Positions 45,862 through 57,751 of a stretch of 64,000 nt of DNA are shown here, piece by piece. The DNA lies in the IMG/VR virus record IMGVR_UViG_3300033113_000110, positions 797 to 64,796 of that record, one strand, 5' to 3'. This DNA is from a virus. Under the pieces are notes generated by a model. It ran no database searches, was not told the DNA's origin, and was given only the letters and a program-made list of their open reading frames with translations. Numbering within the stretch: position 1 is the stretch's first letter; every line of letters starts with the position of its first letter. Made by a program: the position numbers and the translations under genes.

Positions 45862-46527
45862 TTAGAAGGGGCCGTCTCCGTTTTTCGTTTGGGTTGCCCC
45901 GTTATTTTTTTGGGTTTCTTCGTTCTCTGTACTGGGCTTGAGTTTGTCGTAGAGAACACCCTTGCGTTGTTGGAAATCAGCGAGTCCTATGAGATAGGTT
46001 TCCCAACCTTTGATGTCCCATGTGTTGGATTTGCCCCAAATATCCTGTGCTGTATTATACACGGTGAGTGTTGTGATACCAAGCTCGGTGGAGATGGTCT
46101 TGGTTTGTTGATGTTTGAACACTTCACGTGCTTTTTCTTTTGCTTCTTCTAAGGCTTTTGGGTCTTTGGTTTGCTCACTGGGTTGCTCTGAAGGTTGTTC
46201 AGATTGTTGCTCGCCTTCTTGTTCTGTGGGTTGTTCGGTTGTTTCTGGTTCGACGATTCCGGTTCCTGGCTGGAGTGTCGCAACATCGTACATACCAGCG
46301 AGGATGTCTTGTGCAACTTCGAGTCCTTCGGCTTTGGTTTTGAATTTGCCTAAGTCTACGCCAGCACCGTAGTTAGTTTCGTTTGTGATCCCGTGTGAGT
46401 AATCAAGTTCAGCAACGAGGCTGAATTCTTTATCTTCACCTTGGTGTGGGACGTGTTTTTGAAAACAGTGAAAGTTAGTTACGTGTGCGAGGTTCACAAC
46501 TTGTTCGTTGTACATGAAGAATCTCAT
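45862..46527 (-). CDS. Hypothetical protein with SEQP repeats and a C-terminal GDGPF tail
   Basis: EQQSEQPSEQPSEQ; acidic-PF terminus loosely like SSB tails. Confidence 0.5.
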   Translation of the reverse strand: MRFFMYNEQVVNLAHVTNFHCFQKHVPHQGEDKEFSLVAELDYSHGITNETNYGAGVDLGKFKTKAEGLEVAQDILAGMYDVATLQPGTGIVEPETTEQPTEQEGEQQSEQPSEQPSEQTKDPKALEEAKEKAREVFKHQQTKTISTELGITTLTVYNTAQDIWGKSNTWDIKGWETYLIGLADFQQRKGVLYDKLKPSTENEETQKNNGATQTKNGDGPF

Positions 46528-49500
46528 TTCGTTCTCCTTTTGGGCTATTGTATATTTCTGAAAAGTCCAACACGGGACTTAGGTATGGGGGTCATAAGCT
46601 ATGTCGAATACCGATGACTCTTGCTAATTCCCAATCCCGTGTCTTTGGGTTGTATGCTACAATTAGCATCGTTAGAGTCCTATTGTAAGTTGGACAGGTT
46701 CAGGTGGGGGCGGCGGCTTCCAATCTTTTCCGAGTATCTCGGTTGCTTTTTCTCGTGAGATACCGAAGAAACGGGAGATGTGTCTGATACACATTTCCCG
46801 CTTTTTGTGTTTGGTAAAGAGGTGGCATTCTCTGCCGTACTCTGCCCATACCTGTTGTTTGTATATTTTTCCGGTTCGGAGTTTTCTAATCTCGGCACCG
46901 GATAGTTTTAGGTTTTCGGCTATTACGTGGAAAGGAATGTGGAGGTACCGGCTTTCGATGATCTGACGGGCAATATCATGCTGCTGTTTCAATTCCGCAC
47001 TGAGCATCGCTTTCTTCTCCTATGCAGAGTATCCAGTCGTTCATTCCATATTGGCTTTTGTAAATGATGAGTGGAATAGGCTCTACGGGCTTTTTGTTGT
47101 CAAATGCGTCTATCCACTCTAAGAGTTGATCAGTGATTGCCATGTCGAGGACGGTCTCGCCTTTCATATCGTTGATTGCGATGTAGTCATCGACAAAGAT
47201 TGTGTGTCCGGGAAACATCCTTTCGACAGCACGGGCGAGTGCACATTGTTCATGGTTGCATTTGACACCGTGATCAATGTCCTCTTGGGTGACTTGCCCG
47301 GCCATACAGTTTAGATCAAGTTTGGGATCAGTAAGGTCTATGTATGTCATGCTGCTTTTCTCCTGTTTTGTTGTAGTGTTCTTCGTAAGCTTTGAGGAAC
47401 GGTTCGCGGTTTTTCTCTTGGATGGTAAGAATGAATAGTAGCCATTTCGTTTCCCTATACAGGTTTATTTTCGTCACTTTATTTGAAACTCTCTATCAGT
47501 TTAAGTATTTTCGCGATCTCCGTGATGCTCGGATCTCGATGGAGAATGGTACGGAGAATTAAAATCAATGTGTTCATATCTTTACTGCTAATTGTCAACT
47601 CTTTATCAGTCTCGTTCATTTTTAACATTCCATTTTCTCCTTATGTGATCTGTCCGTGGGTTGCTCCTTAATTTAGAGACCAGAGTGTTTTGCCACTTGA
47701 TCTTGCGGTTACACGGATTATACCATGTTCGGCAAGTTTTGTATGCCATAAAATGTATCTTTCACCGTTGTACTCGAATTCGATGCATTGTAAGCCGCCT
47801 TTGTACATTCTGGCGTTGACATGCGCTGTATCGCCATTGTCGTAATGGATTGTTGCTTTCATGGATGGATTCCTCCGTTTCTGTCGATTTCTCGGACGTT
47901 GTGTGAGAATACAGCGTGCTCCTCCCAACCTTGGACTTTTGTGATGAGGCAGTCGTGGTAAAAAATAGCGAGATACCTTTCGGCTGGATGAGCATCTTTG
48001 CCGAGGTATTTCAGGATTTTTACTCTGCGTAGTCCGTCGGTCGGATGTCTTGCCATTTCGATATCAACTAACTGGGCACCGATGTAGGCAATTTGTACTT
48101 TGGCGTGGGTGGGAAGCGGTTCTTGGGGTTCATGTTGGAGCGTGATTTCGATAGGATCGGTTATGTCTTTGAGATTGGTGAGGATGTCGTCGTCGTTCAT
48201 ATTGATTGGGACATATTTTTCGCCGTTAATGTAGACCCAACTTAATAGTGCTTCAACGTCGCGTGATCCTGTGGCATCTTTTACTGCCAGCGCGAATGTG
48301 TTATGGGTTCGTCCGGTATGGTAACCTTCGAGCATAGAGGCAAACATTTCGTGATACCGTGTTACGGTGACTATGATCTGATCCATTGTATTTCCTTTAG
48401 GGGAGGATACGGGCGCGATTGGGGGCACCCGTATCTGATGGGAGGTTTTACTCTGTTCTGTTATCCAGCTCATCGACTTTTTCTTGGAGTCGTTTGTCCG
48501 CAGCATCTACGAGTTCAATGAGAGTTTCGTAGTGTCTCGGTAGGTCGGCGTTGACGATGTTTGCGATTTCAGGATCGATTACAGAGATGTCCGGGTTGAA
48601 AGCATAACTCGTGTCGGTTATATCCTCGTATGCTTTTTTGAGGTTGAATCGGGATTTGGATAACTTTTCCCGGGCGGTTTTGAATTTGTTTGAAGTCTGG
48701 CTGATGGAGATGTTGTAGGTGCAATCATTGTCTGTCCACTTTTCGCCGAAGGGGTAATTCGGAGTGTAGGGTGTCCATCGCTTGCCGAAACTTGAAGCAT
48801 TGTGATAGCCGTAGTTTTCCCAACTGATGGGGCATTCTTTTTGGAGCTTATCGAATGGTTCAATTGTTTTTGAGAGTTTGGTTACTTCACGTTTAAGTTT
48901 AGTTTCGTCGTCCTCGCACATCGTGGTTTGATGGATGATTGTGCGTCCAGCATTTACGCTGGATTTGTAGAACTCGATTGTGTATTCCATTAGTCTCCTT
49001 TAAAGTAAAAGGGTGCTGATTGTTGGGTTAAGGGCCTTCTGCCGCTCGTATTGTTCCGGTGTCATCCAGCGGCGGTGAATAGGCTTTTTTTTTTTGCTTT
49101 TCGGGTTTCGGAGTGGAGCCGAGGAACTTCAGCATTTTTTCGGTATTGACTTCGACGGAGTGTTGTCCTTCAGCTGTAACGCCTTCAGGGTATTCCTCGG
49201 TGTGGTTCTGATAGTTGATATTGCCGAAAAATAGGGATCGTCTGCCTGTGGTGTACTCGATCCCGTTAGGTGTCAGGGTTAGACTTTCAACACCTTTTTC
49301 GATGAGATCTCGGATTACGTTTCCGAGTGCCTTGGGTTCAGTGAAAGTGATGACAAGGCTTTGGTATGTGAGGGTGCGCCATTTTTGCATCTATATGTCT
49401 CCTTTATTGAGTTTTGTGTGTCGTTTTTCGTTCTGCTTCTTGATGAACTCGTCGAGGATTTCTCGGTCAGTGGGGTGTTTCTCGCCTCGTAGATCGGAAT

Positions 49501-52500
49501 CTATGGCGGCGATGCAGAGTCGTCCTTGAAGTTCTTCGAGTAGAGATTTGTGGTCAGCGTCAAGACTATGATCATTGTTTTCGGACCAGTCGTTGTAAAT
49601 TTCAATGGACTCGTCTTTGGGAAGCCGTAGATGGATTTCGAGGTCTGTCATTCTTCCAGTGTCAGCATACGGACGAATCCAAATTTCGCTGAATCTGCCG
49701 AATGGTTCATTGTTATCGAGATATTCTCGGAAGGAATAGATAGTAACACCGCCGAATCCACTTACTTCACCATAATAACGTTTAGTGATGGATGTGTAGT
49801 GGAGTTCTTTGCGTTTGATCATCTCTTTTACACCGACCATGAGCGAAGTTCGGCTGAATGTGTGTGCCGTTGATGTGTTGGGTGACTCGTTCATTTTTTT
49901 CTCCTTGGGAATCTTTTTGTCATGAGTATCCGTCTGTTTCTTACTCTTTGGTTTTTATGATCCAATTCGGTTTCTGGTGGGTAATTATCGGCATAAAACC
50001 TGTCGAATCCGTCCGGATAATCGAAACTAAATGAGCATAGGGCTTCAGACTCGGCTTGTGTTCTGATGCGTGATAGTTGTTCGAGGAACCATTCAATCTT
50101 TGAAAATGGGATGAAGATGTACTCGGTTTCACCTTCGATCCCGTAGATGTAACAGGTGGGAGTTTGCCGGAGTGGTTTGATAGTTTTTACTTGTTGAGTC
50201 GGTTTCGGACTTCCCATCTGGTTCTCCTTACGAATTCTTCTTGGGTCTCGTCTTTATCAGGCTCGGTGTATCTCAGCTCGTTATAGAGACATTCGATTGA
50301 AGTAAGCCAACGTGGGAGGTGTTGTCTGACATCCTCGTTTATTTGATCGTCGATTATCATGATGGATTCGTAATCAGGTTCGTATGATTCGTATTGAACC
50401 TTTGTTCCTGGATAGAGGAATGTCGGATCGGCTGTTAAAATAGGTTCATTGATCTTATATTGGTAGATGCCATTTTCGACGGATACTTTCGGATATTCCG
50501 GGTCGATCCATTTCATTGAAACAGGGTCTATTAGGTTGATGTACTTTGGAAGTATTTTGTCGAGGGTTATCCGGTCGGGTAAGTACCAGAAATGGTGGTA
50601 ATCTTCTGGCATTTCCGGGTTGAATTCCTCGCGGTATTCTTTCCAGGCATCTTCATAGCAATGGAGTGTCGATTCACAGATCTCACGGAAGTTGTTGATC
50701 ATTCCGCCGAGTTGATAATCTCGGAGTCGAATGATGTTTGCATTGTATCGTTCCGGGAGCGGTTTGTTTTCCTTGATACAATCTTCGATGTAGCCGAATT
50801 TTGGATCGTTGTTTAGATCGAAGAAGTAAATGGGATTGCCGATGTCGGTATAACCGAGTGCTTTGAACATGTCGGCACCCGACGTTATCGGTACGCCGGG
50901 GTGTCGGAGAGTTTCTTCGTAATCGTTCATGTTGTTACCTCTGGTGGATGTAGGTAGAAGGGACCTTTACGGGTTATGAATGTCCGTTTGGGTTTCTTGC
51001 CGACGATGGCGATACTTTTCTTGATTTCGATACATCTGCCGCGGAAAGGTTTATTTACTTCGACGTGTTCTTCTTTAACTTCGTAGACGAGGTTCTCGTT
51101 ATAATCCGCTTGCTCTGGATTGTTTATGTCGTGGTGCGCGTAGAATAGGCACTCACGGCAGAGCATTGCAGGCATGAGCATCCCTTCCTGGATGAGACGG
51201 ATCAGTTTCTGATGAGCCTCATCGGTGAGGTGCATGTGATCTGAGTCGAAGTTTTCACCGCATTTTGTGCATATTTCTTGCTCGCAGCAGGCACAAAGGT
51301 CGAAATCGTCGCATGGATCGCAATGTTTGTAACTCATTCATGGTCTCCATAAATGATACCGAATTCGATGAAAAAATCGATGCTACCATAGTCTGTTTTT
51401 ATATTTGCTACAGTCAAACCTTTATCCTCGATGGTGGGGTAGTCGTAGTCGAATCGGTTTACGGTTCTGAGTAGAGCGTATTGTGTGTTCAGCCAATCTT
51501 CAAGATCGGGGATGTTTACTTGGATACGGTAGCTTGGATCGTAGGCTTTTATGTGTGCATTGAGTAGTGAGTAAAGCATCGCAGCGGATATTTCTCGGTT
51601 AACATCAATGTCATCGTCATCGGATCTGTAGCTACTGCCGTCCTTATCACAGAAACTGGTGGTGATATGGATGTATCGCTGAGGTGGAACCGTTTGGAAT
51701 GGGTTTTCAAGGGCATCCTGTGCGGCGGATAGGTCGTCTACCCATTCGTGTGCTAAATCGGAATTGCTTTCGTTGACACGTCCGATAGCGGTGATGAGAA
51801 GTTCGAGACCGGGTGCTATTTTTCGCTGGTAGTTTGACATGGATTTTTCTCCTTATGCTTCCCGCACCATTGGTTGCGTGCAACTTTAGGGAAAACGGTT
51901 ACTTCGTGGAGGCTAAATAACTTTCGCTCGAATACGATTACCGGTGGTTTTTGGCGGCACTCGCCGATGTTGTTGTCGAGAGTGTGATAGTGGGCGCAGA
52001 ATTGGCAGACTGGTTGCATTAAAGCCATCCTTCTGTGATGTGCATATACTCGTAGTAGTTTTTATATGCTATGTTAGGGAGTTTACTGGTGAGATGTTCG
52101 CCGATCCCGATTCTAACGGCGGTATCTGTGAGTCCAAGTATCGGTGAGATTTCATGGCTGTCTCTGACGGTCTTGAATTTCGTAACGAGTCTGTTGAAAG
52201 TTTCAATATCTTCGTCTGTGTAGTTGAATTTGATGAGTTCTTCCATCTCGTTGACGACGTTCATGCAATCTGTTACGGCAATGAATATCTCTTTGATAGC
52301 GATGCTCTTTATCCACGCGGGAACGATTTGGAAAATCTTGAGACCGATCGCAAAGTTGTAGAGTTGATCGAGACTGATTTTCATGATTGATCCTTTATAC
52401 GGTGATTGGATGCTCATAATTTCTCTCGAACATGTCGAGTGCTTCTTCCTCTATTTGGCTGAGGCATTCTTGGGCAACGTGGTCTTCGGTCGTGTCGATT

Positions 52501-53230
52501 ATGTGTACCGGTGACCACCAGTGGTATTGAAACTCTGATTTTTTGAATTCAGGTTCGGGGATGTCAACGCCGTGATTGAATTCTGAGCGTGTTGGGTATT
52601 TCAGATCATAGAAGAAGATGAGGTGTATGTTAGGCCCGCCGGTGCCAATTTCATAAACGAGTTGGGCTTTTCCGGGTCCGAGGGGTGTGTATCCTTCATC
52701 TTTTCTGACATCCCAACTGAAGGCTGCTGTCTCGTCTTTCCAGTAGTTGAGTCCCATATCGGTTACTTCGTCGTCAATGTAGCCATCTGTCCAGTTGATG
52801 TATTGGAAAACGTCTTCCGGGCTGATGTTTTCAAAGTCGATGTGTTTTAGGAATGCTTCTTTTGAAAAGTCGATGGGATTTGTTGTGCAATACTGGGATG
52901 TTGCCTCTTTTATTTCGTTGAGAAGGCTGCCGATTGTGGCTGCTTTTTCATAGTCGGCTTTGATCTGATTCCATGATTCGATAGCAGTGCCTTTTGTTGC
53001 TACTAACATGTTATTCTCCTTTCAATTGTGATAGGAATCTTCGGACGGTGTATGGGAATTTGCGGAGCTGTTGTTTTACGAAGCTGGCATCTGTTTTGTT
53101 CCATTCATCTTCGTTTTCTATAATGCTGATGATGTCTTCTGTAACAGCGAGAAGATCGTCTTCCTCAATACGAAGGTTGTTAGCATCAGAACTGGATATT
53201 GCCATTTCAATTTCACCTCCAAAATAAAAA

Positions 53231-53284
53231 TAGCGAAGCGTTCTGCCCGCTTTCGTAACCGAAGCGGGCAGGTTGCTGAAGCGA
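53231..53284. repeat. Dispersed palindromic element R, copy 2
   Basis: TAGCGAAGCGTTCTGCCCGCTTTCGTAACCGAAGCGGGCAGGTTGCTGAAGCGA. Confidence 0.85.
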
Positions 53285-53296
53285 GAATCGTCCCAT

Positions 53297-53863
53297 TTAC
53301 TTTTTGGGGACGATTCTTATATGTTCTCCTTTGATGAGGGTTACACCGTCAACTTCCTCGCCGCCGTCGATTGCGAATCGCAGCTCGTCAGTATCGGCTA
53401 TGATCTTGTGGAAGCGTTCTGGCAGTTCCTCGGCTGGTATGTGGACGGTAAGTGTCGCAATGGAGTTTCGCTGCTTTCGGATAGTGAAGATACCCGCATC
53501 GAGTTTGCTTACGCCGTGTATTCGCATATCTTCGTCCAAGCGTTCTTTGAGCCTTTTGGCAAGGTTATTGTGCGCAGTGGCAATGGCTTGGAATTGGTCG
53601 GCAATGCCTTTGTTGTACTCGGCAGCAGCGAGGGAATTTTTGATCACGAACACAGTAGCCTCATGCTTATCTTCGAGTAAGTCGAGAGCATCAAGTAATT
53701 CATCGGTGAGTTCGCTGACTAATTCGGCGTTTTTTTCCTCTTGTGCTTCGGTGATCTCTCTGATGATTTCCTTGAGTTGTTCTCTGATGTCGAATAGTGT
53801 GTATGGGTCTTTGCCCGTGATTCTACGTTCTCGGACAGGGGTTGTGAGATTGCTTTTGGACAT
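53297..53863 (-). CDS. Siphovirus Gp157-family protein
   Basis: LFDIREQL...EDKHEATVFVIKN...RLKERL...FTIRKQRN...ELPERF...IDGGEEVDGVTL. Confidence 0.85.
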   Translation of the reverse strand: MSKSNLTTPVRERRITGKDPYTLFDIREQLKEIIREITEAQEEKNAELVSELTDELLDALDLLEDKHEATVFVIKNSLAAAEYNKGIADQFQAIATAHNNLAKRLKERLDEDMRIHGVSKLDAGIFTIRKQRNSIATLTVHIPAEELPERFHKIIADTDELRFAIDGGEEVDGVTLIKGEHIRIVPKK

Positions 53864-56070
53864 TCGGAAATGCTCCTTTCGGGTTAGGCGGCTTCTTCGA
53901 GATACTTCGATATATCGCCGCCGTCTTGTAGCGTTTGGATTTTCTGGTTATGAACCTGGATGTAGGTGTTGATTCGCTCGATGTGCTCGGGTTCCCTTAT
54001 TACCATGAGGTTTTCGGGGAGTTTTTCGAGCGTTTCTTTGATACTTTTGGTTTTCTTGTAAGTTATGAGGGAACCGGTGTAAGGTTCGCAGACGATGTAT
54101 TCGTTAGCTGAGTATTCGTTTTCTACGATTGTTCCTTTGAACTGGCTACCTTTGACGATTACAAGTTCTGTGAGTTCGGTGAGTCCTTCAACCTCGATAG
54201 GGAATACGATACCTTCAACTTCAAGAGCGGAGTTGTAATTCTTTTGGAAGCAGAAGAACTTGGTTTTGTTGCGATTATCAATCTTTTCTGGTATCCGAAT
54301 CCAATCTCGTTGAATCATTTTTGTGCGTTTGGCTTTGGATTTGTGGATGCGGACTTTCCCGTATTGGGCAATGAAGTTTCGTTCTTTTCGGATTGCTTCA
54401 TTGAGTAAGTTGACCTTTCTGATTTCCTCGCTGTATTCTGCTTCAAGTTTTTCTTGTTCAGGGGTCTTGATGTACTCGATTTGGATACCGCTGAGATCGT
54501 AGTTGAGTTGTTTCTGGATGTTGATCCATTGCTCATCGGTGAAAGTTTTGACGTGATCTTCAGCGATTTGGGTTGCCTGTTCTCGTGTTTTTCCGGTGAT
54601 GATTACTTCGGTCGGAATCAACGATATTTGCGCGGAGGTTTCGATGGGCATTAGATTGATACCGCTGTTTCTTTCGACGACGAGCCATCCGTCTTCGGTT
54701 TTGATGATTCCAAGCTGCATGGATCTGAAGTGTAGGTTTGAGTATCCGGGAACATAACTTGAGACTGTCTGTGTTTGACCGTTGATGATCTGTTTTATTT
54801 CATCGGATTTGTGCATACGGCAGATGGTGTATCCGCGGATGCTGTTTTGGTACATGTCGTCTCTGATTTTTTCTTGGGTGAAGGTACTGACTGAGTATTT
54901 TTTCGGGTAGTCTTCCTCGTCAGGTAACCCTTCGGGTCTTGGTGGGTATACATAGTACCCGTGTTCATCTTTTGGCATTGAGTTTTTCTCCTTTTAGGGT
55001 TATGCCTTTTTCATTTAGTTCTCGTTCAAATTCGTCTTTGTTGAATCCACGAGTGGTTAAACCTTTGATGAAGTAATCGGGATTGTCGTGAATTCGTTCT
55101 TGGAATTCTTTCTCGATAGCATCTCGTAAATCTTTGTCGAAAAGTGTCGGTCGATCTGGATCGTATCCGTGTTTCTTCTCGATTCTACCTCGGAGAAGCC
55201 GTTGCCGGTTGCGGATTTTTGCGCGTCTGCTCCACTTGTACTTTTTCCGAGGTTTTTTTGGCGGTGCGTAGGGTGTTGATTCCCATTGCTCCATGGCTTC
55301 TGCTTCCCAACGTGCGAGTCGTTCAGCCCATATCTTCTTTTCTCGGTCGGGTGCCCCGCTTGTGCTGCTTTTGAGTTCACCTTCGGGGGTCTTGTCGTCT
55401 TTCCAGAAGGAGACATTCAATACATGGGGCGAGAAATAGCCGTGGTTGACTTCCTTATTGTTGATCTCGGATTGCCAGTAATAGTAGCGTCCAGCGTGTG
55501 AGCATTTCCAGTCGATCCATCCTTCTTGAGTTTGAAAGGGGAAGGTTGGTTTTCCCCTTTCGTCTACGAATCTGATAGGTTGACGTGGTGTTTGGAACAT
55601 TGTGAGCTGAACAGCCTCTACCGCTTCTTTGTCTAACTGGATGAGTTTCATCGTTCACCTCGCATTGTTCCGGGTTAGAATAATTCCAGTTGCTCGGTTT
55701 TCGGTTCGGTGGGTTTTTGAGATTCGAGTTTCTCTTTGGATTTCTCTATATTGTACTGTATCCAAAGCTGAATTTGGACGACACCTTTGAATTCATCACC
55801 AGGATTGTCTCGTTCATAGTCGTTGGTTCTCAAAGTTAACTCTTGGTCAATGCGGGGGTCTTCTCGTGCTTTTTCCCAAAGCGCATCAACCTCATGGTCT
55901 TCGATGGTGAGTGGCTCGGTATCGCCTTGCTCGGATAGGAATTCTCTTATTTCTTTCAGGATGGCTTGGGTATCACCGAACTTGGCTTTTAGGGCTACGG
56001 GATGTCCCATACCGCACCATATACCTTCGGTATCGTAGTAAGCTTGAACGAGGTTTGTTTCCCACATGGT

Positions 56071-56865
56071 TTATTCCTCTCTGTTTGTGCGGATAGGGAC
56101 GGTTTCGGGGATGGGTCTACCGCTTTCTATTTCCCACACAGTTTTGTTTTCATGCTCGATTTTTACGAGTTCTTTGTTTAGCCATAGATAGAGCTCAAGG
56201 TCGTATGGGTCGTTTGCGATTACGCCTTGGGCAAGTTGACCACTCACACGTTCTGTAAAGGTTTTTCCGTTTTTTAACGTCAGTTTGAATTCAACTCTTT
56301 CGAGGAGCCGGAACGGTTCGAGTGTGAATGTTGTTGGCTCTACTATTTTACCACAATCGAAAGATTTCATAAATGCTTGGGCATCTTTACAGAGTTTGGC
56401 TAAGCGGAAACCGCCGGGTCTCGGTGCGAGGTGGACACTACAGATCATTTCATCGTACTGGGTATCTCCAGTTTGGCGTTTGTATGCGGTTACAATTGGT
56501 CCTCCGAGCCATCCTTTGTCGGAGGTGTCGGTGTACTTATACGAGTTAAGTTGGTAGCCGTAGCAATCTTTTCGATTTTCACGTCCAATATCGATGTCCA
56601 TTTGGGTGACGTGCAGTTCAAGGGGGTCTTCGATGAGTGATAGTAAGCCGAGGTATTGGAGAACCATTCTGCCGTCCTCGTCTTCTTCGTTATATCTTTC
56701 TGTGCCTGTCCAGGATTTATAGTGGGACGGTAGTTCTTTGATTCGCTCGTCGGATAAGATAATACCGCCGTGTCCGGCAGTGGATACTGACCAGACACCT
56801 TCAGCTATTTTGTGATGAGTTTGGACTGGCCCCCAAGGAGTGGAGGTGCCTCTTTGAATTTTCAT
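56071..56865 (-). CDS. DUF7007-like protein
   Basis: TPWGPVQ...AEGVWSVSTAGHGGIILS...YNEEDED. Confidence 0.6.
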   Translation of the reverse strand: MKIQRGTSTPWGPVQTHHKIAEGVWSVSTAGHGGIILSDERIKELPSHYKSWTGTERYNEEDEDGRMVLQYLGLLSLIEDPLELHVTQMDIDIGRENRKDCYGYQLNSYKYTDTSDKGWLGGPIVTAYKRQTGDTQYDEMICSVHLAPRPGGFRLAKLCKDAQAFMKSFDCGKIVEPTTFTLEPFRLLERVEFKLTLKNGKTFTERVSGQLAQGVIANDPYDLELYLWLNKELVKIEHENKTVWEIESGRPIPETVPIRTNREE

Positions 56866-56874
56866 TTTTTCTCC

Positions 56875-56986
56875 TTGTTTTAATAGAAAATTTGTGATAT
56901 AATAATGTTCTCACTCTGGTGGGGCTTTGGCGAGCCTCACCGTCTACGCCAATAGGGAGTGAGAATCTTTTCTGAGTGAGGATACC
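56875..56986 (+). ncRNA. Promoter plus pseudoknotted leader, copy C, upstream of the second GIY-YIG gene
   Basis: TTGTTT-17-TATAAT with TGn; GTTCTCACTCT/GGAGTGAGAAT, GGTGGGGCT/AGCCTCACC, loop TTGGCG pairs with CGCCAA; a second GAGTGAGGA overlaps the SD. Confidence 0.8.
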
Positions 56987-57751
56987 ATGAAACAAAAAGG
57001 AATTTATATTTTTACTTTCCCTAATGGGAAGCAATATGTTGGTAAATCTGTTGATATAAAGAGACGGATTCAGCGGCATTTTAGATGTGAAGATGGTCAA
57101 GTTGTTAGTGACGCTATCATGAAATATGGGAAAGAGAATGTAAAAATTGATGTGATTCTTTATCCAGGTATTTTAAGTGTAGCTTTGTGTGCTATTGAAG
57201 AATGGAAGATTAGACAGATTGGGAGCAAATCTCCTAATGGGTATAATCTTACCAGTGGTGGTGATGGTTTTGATTCTAATTTTGCACGTGATCTTGCTCT
57301 TGATCGGTTAAGTAATGGAACGCATCATTTTCTTACTTTTGAAAATGAGGTTAAACGTAGAAAAGCAATTGATGAAGTGAATAGTCGTAAATTGATGGAT
57401 GGAACGCATCCTTTTTTAGGGGGGAAACTTGCTGGTGAAAGTAGTCGTCAGCGTGTAAAGGATGGAACTCATCATTTTTTAGGTGGTGATCTTCAACGAA
57501 AAGTAAATGCTCAACGTGTGAAAGATGGAACTCATAACTTTTTTGATCCCCAGGTTGGTGTTAGAGGGCGTTATATGCAGCGCATGAAGCGGAAGCAGCA
57601 GCGTGGTGATTTTTATCGTATTTATGCTGTGCTTCTTACTTCAAAAGCTGTTTTTAATAGGTATTGTCGTAGACAACTTGAGCGTGAAGGTTTTTTTGAT
57701 AAGCAAATACCTGATACTTCAGAATCTAAGCAATTAGAACTTTGGGATTAA
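56987..57751 (+). CDS. GIY-YIG homing endonuclease, antisense to its neighbours, with four (D/N)GTH(H/P/N)F repeats
   Basis: GIYIFTFPNGKQYVGKS...R...E; SPNGYNLTSGG. Confidence 0.9.
   Translation: MKQKGIYIFTFPNGKQYVGKSVDIKRRIQRHFRCEDGQVVSDAIMKYGKENVKIDVILYPGILSVALCAIEEWKIRQIGSKSPNGYNLTSGGDGFDSNFARDLALDRLSNGTHHFLTFENEVKRRKAIDEVNSRKLMDGTHPFLGGKLAGESSRQRVKDGTHHFLGGDLQRKVNAQRVKDGTHNFFDPQVGVRGRYMQRMKRKQQRGDFYRIYAVLLTSKAVFNRYCRRQLEREGFFDKQIPDTSESKQLELWD

Noticed and set aside
46570-46655. Possible further pseudoknot copy (ACACGGGA/TCCCGTGT, GTCAT/ATGAC, GGTAT/ATACC, minus strand)
   Set aside because: No clear promoter, departs from the family pattern, and overlaps a plausible 25-aa ORF; worth rescoring with a model.
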